From Microcoleus sp. CAWBG506 (GTDB lineage: Bacteria; Cyanobacteriota; Cyanobacteriia; Cyanobacteriales; Microcoleaceae), in the NCBI GenBank assembly GCA_020883125.1, contig JAHREW010000029.1, forward strand, positions 9,712-73,711: a stretch of 64,000 bases of DNA. The letters are read 5' to 3'. Position 1 is the first letter of the stretch. Every line of letters begins with the position of its first letter. A program made the position numbers and the translations under genes. The notes under the pieces were generated by a model. The model saw only the letters and a program-made list of their open reading frames with translations. It was not told the origin of the DNA and did no database searches. This document shows positions 50,928 through 58,668 of this stretch, piece after piece.

Positions 50928-52400
50928 TCAAATTGCCTCCTGCATTTCTACTAATCTGCTAGTTTCAAGACGCTGTTGTCTGATTGGTAGCGAAATTACA
51001 AATTCCGTACCTTCTCCAAGTCCCGAAAGGCACTCCAAGCAGCCGCAGTGCTTTTCTCGAACAATTTGGCTGCTAATTGATAACCCTAAACCCGTTCCTT
51101 TACCGGCGGGTTTTGTGGTAAAAAAGTGGTTAAATATTTTATCTTTGACTTCTTCAGTCATTCCAGGGCCGTTATCAGAAATGCGGATGACTGCCCGATC
51201 GCCTTCCGCGACTTCTGTGCTAATCTGAATCGTGAGCAAGTTTTTCTGAACACCCGCAACTGACGAATTAGAACTGTCTCGCAAAACATCAATGGCATTA
51301 CTGATAATGTTCATGAATACCTGATTTAGTTGCCCTGCATAACATTCAACCAGCGGTAAATCGTCGTATTCTTTAATCAGTTGGATAGCAGGGCTTTTGC
51401 CATTTGCTTTCAGTCGGTGCTGAAGGATTAGCAGGGTACTGTCGATTCCTTCGTGAATGGAAGCAAAATTCATACCGTCTGTGTCTAAACGCGAAAAATT
51501 TCGCATCGACGAAACAATCACGCAGATTCTGTCAGTTCCCACCTTCATTGAAGAGAGAAGTTTTGGCAAGTCTTCGCTTAAAAAATCGAGTTCTACTGTC
51601 TCAATTTCCTCTTGAATTTCTTCTACGGGATTAGGATAATATTTGGCATATAAATTGACTAGCCCTAACAAATCTCTAACATAATTGCGCGCATAGGAAA
51701 TATTCGCATCAATAAAGTTAATCGGATTGTTGATTTCGTGGGCAATTCCTGCTGTCAGTTCTCCCAAAGCGGATAACTTTTCGGTATGTACTAATTGAGC
51801 TTGGGTTTGCTGAAGTTGTTGCAAAGCTCGTTCTAGTTGTTCGGCTTTTTCTCTCAATTGAGACTCGGATTATTGCAGTGCTTTTTTGGCTTTTTTCCGC
51901 TCTAGAACTTCTTTAATTAAAGAATCATTTGCTTTGGAAAGTTTTGCAGTTCTGGCGTTGACTCGCTGTTCCAATACTTCTGCTAGTTCAGCGAGCGCCA
52001 CCTCGGCTTTCCGGCGTTCTCCAATTTCATTTTCTAATGCTAAGTTGGCTGCTTCTAGCTTGGCAGGACTGGGAAGAGCCAGTGCAAAAGGCATCAAGGT
52101 TAATAGCAACAAAACTGAACTTCCGGCTACGAAAGCTGTAATGGCTTTCATAAACTCTGACACTAAAGATTCAGGAAACCAAACATACCATGTTTCTATG
52201 ACGTGGGTTGTCCCACAGGTGACGAAGAATGCTCCAAATACCAGGAACATCCACTGAAAGGGGATATCTCGCCCTTTGTAAAGGGCATAAACTAGCATTG
52301 TGGGAATTAAATAATAGGAAACTACGATCATAATTTTCAGCCAGTTCCAATTAGGCATTCCAGAGTTGACTAAAACCGAAGCTATTGCTAAGCCAATCAT
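50928..52400 (-). pseudogene. Ethylene-receptor-like membrane domain histidine kinase split by one in-frame TAA (51872-51870)
   Basis: ORFs 51870..52400 and 50928..51857 are in the same frame (KKALQ*SESQLREKAEQ); YYLIP and CGTTH in the TM part; AHEINNP, DNGPG and GKGTGLGL in the kinase. Confidence 0.8.
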
Positions 52401-52487
52401 AAAAATCCTTGATGTTAATCGGGTCAGTTTTCACTAATTCTACTCGATTAGATAAATGCACCCTCTATTTCGATCGCACTTTATTTC

Positions 52488-53432
52488 CTATTTCGTTGCT
52501 TCAGTCTTTTTGAATGGGAAAAAGACTCGACCTGCCAGACTTTGGAAGTAGATGCCACCCACAGTACCTAAAAATACGAAGTAAGAAAGCGCCTGCACAA
52601 CATAGAGCTTATCTGTGTATCCAAACAGCGCACTCAACAACAAACCTGGAAATTGTTCTTTTGGCAGCACTTTCGAGGCATCCCAGACCATCGGCCCCAG
52701 AATGCAAGAGTGGACTTTGGCAAAATTTTCGTAATAGAAACACAGCCCTGCTGACTCGCGATTTGCTTGGGATAAAGTATTGAACACCGTGTCAAAAAGT
52801 CCCAAAGTAGATACCACTAAACCCGCTACAATAAACAGCAATAAAATGCCCATATATTTGAAAAACAGGCGGATATTAATTTTGACTCCCCATTTAAACA
52901 ACAGGGCACCAAGTCCGGCGGCTGAGAGTATCCCGCCCAAAGCGCCGAGTGCCGGAATAATCCCTTCTTGAAACTTGGCAACGACAAACAAAACCGTTTC
53001 AAATCCTTCGCGTAAAACGGCAATCAAAACTAAGCTAAATACGCCCCAACCGGCATGAGAATTTTGGGTTAAAGCGGCACTGACAGCGCCTTCGACTTCG
53101 GCTTTCATAAATCGCGCTTGTTTGGTCATCCAAATCAGCATCCAGCTCAGCATTGCGATCGCGACAAGCCCAAAAGTTGCCTCTAGCAGCGCCTCCATAA
53201 TCGGTGCGAAAGGCTGATTTGATGTGGATAAAAGTTGAATAGTCCAGCCGAAAAGTACACCGATGAAAGCACTGGCGAGCAGTCCAACGGCAACACCGCC
53301 GAAAACCCAAGGACTTAAATAACTTTGACCGGATTTTTTGAGGCAAGCTAGAACAATTCCGACAACTAAGGCAGCTTCAACTCCTTCGCGGAGGGTAATT
53401 ACAAATGTGGGCAATGCTTCGCCAATATTCAT
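52488..53432 (-). CDS. FTR1/EfeU-family iron permease
   Basis: Two RExxE motifs (LREGVEA, LREGFET); multiple TM helices. Confidence 0.92.
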   Translation of the reverse strand: MNIGEALPTFVITLREGVEAALVVGIVLACLKKSGQSYLSPWVFGGVAVGLLASAFIGVLFGWTIQLLSTSNQPFAPIMEALLEATFGLVAIAMLSWMLIWMTKQARFMKAEVEGAVSAALTQNSHAGWGVFSLVLIAVLREGFETVLFVVAKFQEGIIPALGALGGILSAAGLGALLFKWGVKINIRLFFKYMGILLLFIVAGLVVSTLGLFDTVFNTLSQANRESAGLCFYYENFAKVHSCILGPMVWDASKVLPKEQFPGLLLSALFGYTDKLYVVQALSYFVFLGTVGGIYFQSLAGRVFFPFKKTEATK

Positions 53433-53515
53433 CTTTTTGTTGTGGTAATGGGACTGGTTAATGAGGAGGTAATTGGCAGATTATTTACCAATTACCGTTG
53501 ATTTGATTGATTTTT

Positions 53516-54547
53516 TTAAGATGCGGGTTTGAGAACTTTTTGGCTGTCGGTTTCGATTGTTTTAATTAGCTTGGTAATTTGTTCGGTGGTTTTTACAGGG
53601 GCGGCTGGTGCGATCGCAGTTGGCCAATTTGTCTTAAGTTCTGTCATGTTGGCAACAATTGCTTTGTCAGTTGCAGGGCTATCTTTAGCTAGTTGAGCGG
53701 CAATATCTTTGTACAGCATTTCTGCATAGGTAACAAAACCCCGCGAATCTTGATATTCAATAATTGCGGAAATTTTGCCGTTGGCAACTGCCGCTCCGTA
53801 TTCAGAATTAGCTGTATCTAGCAAGCCGTTAATCACTTGCAGCACGAATTTTGGATCTTTTCGCTGCGGTTCGGAAACGGCGGCAATTGAGCCATCTACT
53901 GCTTGCATTGATGTGGTGAATTCTGCATTTACTTGAGCCGGATCTTTTGCTCCTGCTTTAACTAAATCTTGCAATTTAACTAAAGTAGTCTTGAATTCGG
54001 GAATTTTACGCTCTTTTAGCTGGTCTTCCACATCGGCATAAATTTCTTCGACTGGATGCCCGATGTGAGGTTCTGCCTGGTCTGGTTTGCCTTGATCCAA
54101 GAGTTCTTTTGCTACGAAAAGATGCCCTTTCATCAAGCCCATTTTAGTCATGAAGTCTACATCTTTGGCTTCGCCTGTGAGTACGACATCCTCGATAGTT
54201 ACCATGTCTTTGATTTGGTCGAATTGGGGTTGAGTAATCACCTTTTTTGAGACCAATTCTTCTACTTTTCCGAAGGGGCGGCTGGCTTGAATTTTGTTAG
54301 AAAGTGCCGGCACTCCTAACTTGCCTTCGATTTTGTCCAAGTCGGAGAGCAAGGCTGTATTAATGTTGATTGCGCCCTTGGCAGCGTGGTTCATGCTGTG
54401 ACCGCTTGTTGCTGCGGAGCTAGCTGTGGCTGTCGGTGAGGCTGTACTCTCGGTGTTGCTGGCTGTCGGGGTGGAACCGCAACCGGCCAGAGCAAGGAGG
54501 ATTGCTGTAGCAGTGGCTGTCGGTAATAAGCGAAAAGTTGATGACAT
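53516..54547 (-). CDS. Lipoprotein with HhH-like and helical His-containing domains (FTR1 partner)
   Basis: Lipobox LAGC; ININTA HhH-like start; MKGHL, HIGHPVEE and EYQDSRGF motifs; start may be 54577. Confidence 0.75.
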   Translation of the reverse strand: MSSTFRLLPTATATAILLALAGCGSTPTASNTESTASPTATASSAATSGHSMNHAAKGAININTALLSDLDKIEGKLGVPALSNKIQASRPFGKVEELVSKKVITQPQFDQIKDMVTIEDVVLTGEAKDVDFMTKMGLMKGHLFVAKELLDQGKPDQAEPHIGHPVEEIYADVEDQLKERKIPEFKTTLVKLQDLVKAGAKDPAQVNAEFTTSMQAVDGSIAAVSEPQRKDPKFVLQVINGLLDTANSEYGAAVANGKISAIIEYQDSRGFVTYAEMLYKDIAAQLAKDSPATDKAIVANMTELKTNWPTAIAPAAPVKTTEQITKLIKTIETDSQKVLKPAS

Positions 54548-54592
54548 GGCAGTTGCTAATTGTGACGTTATGTGCATTTGGACTTACAAGCT

Positions 54593-54620
54593 AATAAGAA
54601 ATATTCTCAATTATTTGCAA
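54593..54620. promoter_or_regulatory. Fur-like box upstream of the lipoprotein
   Basis: AATAAGAAATATTCTCAAT (7-1-7-like) overlapping ATTCTCAATTATTTGCAA. Confidence 0.5.
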
Positions 54621-54711
54621 GATATTTATTGTGCCTATTTGCGATCGAATTTGGTAGATGATTTAATACTTTTTTCAGTATAATTGGCGCACCCTGGTAG
54701 CAGAATTTGGG

Positions 54712-55716
54712 TTAAGTGATGACTTCAAATATACCCATGCAGCCGGCTTCGGCGATCGCATCTTGATGAGGATGAAACATATATTTTCCGCCGTACCCGT
54801 AGGTAAATTCTAAAATATGTCTTTCAGCTACTCCCATTGTGATGACATCGGCTTTTTCACTCGGAGTTAAAGTCATTCCCGTGCGATATACGTCAAAAAA
54901 GTTGCCGTGCAAGTGAAAAGTCACTGCTGCTTCGTACTCAATCATGTTGAGAACATACAGCCGAACTAGCTGATTTTTGTAGATAGAAATAGGATTATTC
55001 ATGTAATAATGTGGCAACCCGTTAAAAGCGTAAAGCTCGTTCTTTTCGTCATCGTTTACGTCATATCCTCCCATGATTAAGACCAGTTCATCTGCACTCG
55101 GACGGGGTTTTAGCGGATCGATGATGAACATACCATAGAGTCCTTTACCAATATGCCTAGTTACAGGAGCAATATGGCAGTGATATAGATGCACTCCGTA
55201 GGGAGCGGCATCGAATTCATAAATGAATACCGAACCGCTTCTCACTGGTTTAATGCCATCCATTTCGCTAGTATGAAAACCGTGAAAGTGCAGGGAGTGA
55301 GAATGTCCAGCTTTGTTAGAGAAAATGACGCGGATGCGATCGCCCTCCGTGGCCCTTAATGTCGGCCCCGGCACGCGATTATTCACGTTCCAGGTGTTGA
55401 AAGTGACGGCACTGTTAAGCTGAACGAGCGAAGTGTTAGCTTCCATGCGAAATTCTCGAATCGTGCGTCCATTTTCGCGCGTCACCGTGCCATAATCAAA
55501 ATCCCGCACAATTTGCATCGGGCTGATATTGCTGACGGTGACAGCATCAGCGGGCATTGGTGGTATTCTCGCGGCTGCTGGTCGTTTTTGAGTCAAGTTT
55601 TGAAGTGCGATCGCGCCTCCCGCTACCCCAGCACCAGCTATACCTAACTGTAGGAGTTGACGGCGACTCCAGCGCCCAGCCTTTTTCATGGCGGGACGAT
55701 CGGATAAGTCTGTCAT
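54712..55716 (-). CDS. Tat-exported two-domain multicopper oxidase
   Basis: SRRQLL Tat motif; HSLHFHG, HCH....H...L in domain 1; HLHG and HPH in domain 2. Confidence 0.88.
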   Translation of the reverse strand: MTDLSDRPAMKKAGRWSRRQLLQLGIAGAGVAGGAIALQNLTQKRPAAARIPPMPADAVTVSNISPMQIVRDFDYGTVTRENGRTIREFRMEANTSLVQLNSAVTFNTWNVNNRVPGPTLRATEGDRIRVIFSNKAGHSHSLHFHGFHTSEMDGIKPVRSGSVFIYEFDAAPYGVHLYHCHIAPVTRHIGKGLYGMFIIDPLKPRPSADELVLIMGGYDVNDDEKNELYAFNGLPHYYMNNPISIYKNQLVRLYVLNMIEYEAAVTFHLHGNFFDVYRTGMTLTPSEKADVITMGVAERHILEFTYGYGGKYMFHPHQDAIAEAGCMGIFEVIT

Positions 55717-55720
55717 AATT

Positions 55721-55739
55721 ATTGAAAAACTTTCTCAAA
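55721..55739. promoter_or_regulatory. Fur-like box immediately upstream of the oxidase ATG
   Basis: TTGAAAAA-C-TTTCTCAA inverted repeat. Confidence 0.5.
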
Positions 55740-55823
55740 TATTTACTCGCATTTAATTATACGACCTTACTAGCTTGTTGTCAATTATTATCAACTGCTA
55801 TCTTTTTCTGGTAAGTCATAAAA

Positions 55824-55856
55824 TTTCATGCTGATTTCATCTAAGTATGCGAGCTT
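55824..55856 (+). promoter_or_regulatory. CopR-type box 6 (autoregulatory) with -10
   Basis: TTTCAT-gctga-TTTCAT, 10 nt, then (TGC)GAGCTT. Confidence 0.8.
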
Positions 55857-55879
55857 ATATGTTGGGGGTGGATGCTGCC

Positions 55880-56060
55880 GATCGCCAACAATGTATACAA
55901 TAGGGGAGCCGTGTCCCTACAATAGGGGAGCCGTGTCCCTACAATAGGGGAGCCGTGTCCCTACAATAGGGGAGCCGTGTCCCTACAATAGGGGAGCCGT
56001 GTCCCTACAATAGGGGAGCCGTGTCCCTACAATAGGGGGGTAGATCGCCAACAATGTATA
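55880..56060. repeat. Six identical 22-bp tandem repeats plus a partial copy, flanked by an 18-bp direct repeat
   Basis: Unit ACAATAGGGGAGCCGTGTCCCT at 55897-56028; GATCGCCAACAATGTATA at 55880 and 56043. Confidence 0.95.
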
Positions 56061-56086
56061 GAGATTTACCGCTGTAAATTAATGTT

Positions 56087-56776
56087 ATGAGAGTTTTGCT
56101 AGTTGAAGATGAGCCAGATTTAGGAAAAGCGATCGATCGCACTTTAAAACAAGAAAAATATATAGTTGACTGGGCGCAGGATGGCAGTGAAGCTTGGGAA
56201 TATTTAGATAGTCATTGGACTCAATACAATCTGGCGATTTTTGACTGGTTGCTTCCAGGATTATCAGGATTGGAACTGCTGCGAAGATTACGTGCGAAAA
56301 ATAGCGCATTGCCAGTTTTGATGCTAACAGCAAAAGACCGAATGCAAGATAAAGTAGCGGGACTAGATGCCGGGGCTGACGATTATTTAGTTAAACCCTT
56401 TGGGATGGCGGAACTGTTAGCAAGATTGCGGGCTTTGCAAAGGCGATCGCCCCAAATTCAGCCGCAACAATTAGAGGTAGGAAATCTAATTTTAGACTGC
56501 GGAAATCGCACAGTTTTTCGGCTGGATGGCGGTGGCAAAAATCAGAGCATTTTCTTGACAAACAAAGAATTTCAATTACTAGAATACTTTATGAAACATC
56601 CGAATCAAATTGTCACAACTGACCAAATTCGGAATCAGCTATGGGAGGTTAGTGCAGATACTTTTAGCAATGTGGTAGCGGCTCAAGTGCGCTTACTGCG
56701 GCGTAAACTTGAGTCGGTTGGCGGCGCGAATCTAATTGAAACTGTACATGGTGTTGGATACCGGATGAGAAATTAA
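56087..56776 (+). CDS. copR: OmpR-family response regulator, CopR/RppA-type
   Basis: MRVLLVEDEPDLG..I..TL; FDWLLPGLSG; KPFGMAELLARLRALQRR; own TTTCAT box upstream. Confidence 0.78.
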   Translation: MRVLLVEDEPDLGKAIDRTLKQEKYIVDWAQDGSEAWEYLDSHWTQYNLAIFDWLLPGLSGLELLRRLRAKNSALPVLMLTAKDRMQDKVAGLDAGADDYLVKPFGMAELLARLRALQRRSPQIQPQQLEVGNLILDCGNRTVFRLDGGGKNQSIFLTNKEFQLLEYFMKHPNQIVTTDQIRNQLWEVSADTFSNVVAAQVRLLRRKLESVGGANLIETVHGVGYRMRN

Positions 56777-56789
56777 ACTAGGGCGGGCA

Positions 56790-56973
56790 GGATGCCCACC
56801 CCACAAGAACATTTAATTTTTGTGGAACAGGCATCTTGCCTGTTCTTAAGAATTGCCCAAAATGCAAGATACTCGGCGGTTGAAACCGCGTCTACACAAA
56901 CAAAGTCCGCCTGCGCGGACTAAGAAAAGAATACTTCTTGTCCCCCCCTTGTTAAGGGGGGTTAGGGGGGATC
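56790..56973. repeat. Cluster of REP-like palindromes between the regulator and kinase genes
   Basis: GGGCGGGCAGGATGCCCACCCC; GAACAGGCATCTTGCCTGTTC; 56874-56925 element; CCCCCCCTTGTTAAGGGGGGTTAGGGGGGATC. Confidence 0.7.
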
Positions 56974-56998
56974 TCCGGGTCAATTGTCGTTATGAAAA

Positions 56999-58330
56999 AT
57001 GAATCAAAATAAACTATTTAATCGGACCCGATCGCAATTAGCGATTTCCTATGCAGCAGTCATGGGTTTGATTTTAAGCTTGTTGGGATTTGGGGTATAT
57101 AAGGCGATCGCCCACGCGCACTGGGTAGCCATAGACAGGGAGTTAGAATCGGTAGCAGGGACGCTACACGACAGCCTAGAACTCAAATTGCAGCAGCCAG
57201 GACGGTTGGAACCCATCGTAAATGAACTTTTGCCCAACCTCCGCGTAATTGGAATTAACGGCATTAAGCAACCGATTCGCCCTCGCCATATTTTAAGCGC
57301 GATTAACCAAGGCTATTACTATATTCGTTTATTTGATGCTTCCGGGAAATTGATTGCTACAGCGGGCGCAGAGCCTGATGAATTACCCGCAGAATTTAAT
57401 TCTAAATATTGGCAAACCATTACTGATAGGCAAGGCAATGTTTATCACCAACTTTCTGTATTTTTACACACAAAAAACCAGGAAGATTGGGGATATTTTC
57501 AATTAGGTCGCAGTCTGCAAGACTTTAATGATTATCTCAATACAGTCAAATGGGTTTTGAAATTGGGATTGCCGACAGCATTGATTTTGATTGGTTTTTC
57601 TAGTTGGTTGTTGGCAGGATTGGCAATGAGACCGATTTACTCTTCCTACCGACAAATTCAACAGTTTACAGCGGATGCTGCTCACGAATTGCGTACTCCT
57701 TTAGCGGCTTCCCAGGCAACAGTAGAATCGGCGCTGTTGATGCCTGAATTGGATGAAAAAGAGGCGCGGGAAATTTTGCGGACGATCGATCGCCAAAACC
57801 GACGATTGACTCAATTGGTTGCTGATTTGCTGTTGCTGGCGCGCATGGATCATCAACCGATCGCCGATCGCCCTCAATTGTGTTGTTTGAATGACTTGGT
57901 TAGCGATTTGGTCGAGGAATTGGCTGCAATGGCGATCGCCTCCGAGGTAGCGCTAACATCGGAATTGCGGGTGCAGCAGCCATTGAATGTTGTCGGTAAT
58001 TCCGACCAACTTTATCGCCTAGTTGCTAATTTAATTGTGAATGCGATTCAATACACTCCGGCTGAGGGGAAAGTAACAGTTATTTTAGATTGCACTCATA
58101 CCGAGGCGATAGTTCAGGTTCAAGATACTGGTATGGGGATTGGGGCGATCGAACAACGGCGAATTTTCGATCGCTTCTACCGAGTAAATAGCGATCGATC
58201 GCGCCATACCGGCGGTTCGGGATTGGGATTGGCGATCGCCCAAACCATCGCCCGCGCCCATCGCGGTAGCCTCAGTGCCCGCAGCGAATTGGGCTGTGGC
58301 GCTACTTTCCTGCTGCGGTTGCCTCTGTGA
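56999..58330 (+). CDS. copS: Sensor histidine kinase, CopS/RppB-type
   Basis: MNQNKLF..TR..LA..YA; AHAHW; FTADAAHELRTP; NLIVNAIQYT; GGSGLGLAIA. Confidence 0.78.
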   Translation: MNQNKLFNRTRSQLAISYAAVMGLILSLLGFGVYKAIAHAHWVAIDRELESVAGTLHDSLELKLQQPGRLEPIVNELLPNLRVIGINGIKQPIRPRHILSAINQGYYYIRLFDASGKLIATAGAEPDELPAEFNSKYWQTITDRQGNVYHQLSVFLHTKNQEDWGYFQLGRSLQDFNDYLNTVKWVLKLGLPTALILIGFSSWLLAGLAMRPIYSSYRQIQQFTADAAHELRTPLAASQATVESALLMPELDEKEAREILRTIDRQNRRLTQLVADLLLLARMDHQPIADRPQLCCLNDLVSDLVEELAAMAIASEVALTSELRVQQPLNVVGNSDQLYRLVANLIVNAIQYTPAEGKVTVILDCTHTEAIVQVQDTGMGIGAIEQRRIFDRFYRVNSDRSRHTGGSGLGLAIAQTIARAHRGSLSARSELGCGATFLLRLPL

Positions 58331-58417
58331 GCTATGATGTGGGGGAAACCGAATATCTTTTTGTGGTAATCCCTTTGGCAAAAGGTAGCGCGATCGCCCA
58401 AAATCAATAAATAGTGA

Positions 58418-58643
58418 TTAGTCATCAGTCATTAGTCAGCAGTCATTAGTCAGCAGTCATTAGTCAGCAGTCATTAGTCAGCAGTCATTAGTCAGCAGTC
58501 ATTAGTTAGTAGTTAGCAGCTAACAACTTATAACTGGTAACTGGGAAATAAGATCTGTTAACAACTCATAACTAATGACTAATGACTAATGACTACTGAC
58601 TAATGACTACTGACTACTGACTACTGACTACTGACTACTGACT
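58418..58643. repeat. STRR heptamer/14-mer arrays in inverted arrangement
   Basis: (CAGTCATTAGTCAG)n at ~58425-58505 facing (TGACTAA/TGACTAC)n at ~58573-58643. Confidence 0.85.
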
Positions 58644-58668
58644 CCTTACAACTACCTAACGTAAAATT

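Noticed and set aside
55897-56038. 22-bp array as a CRISPR array
   Set aside because: Units are contiguous and identical with no spacers, and no cas genes are in the window
30100-58660. Integrase/att-bounded genomic island
   Set aside because: No integrase, tRNA or flanking direct repeat found at either edge by eye
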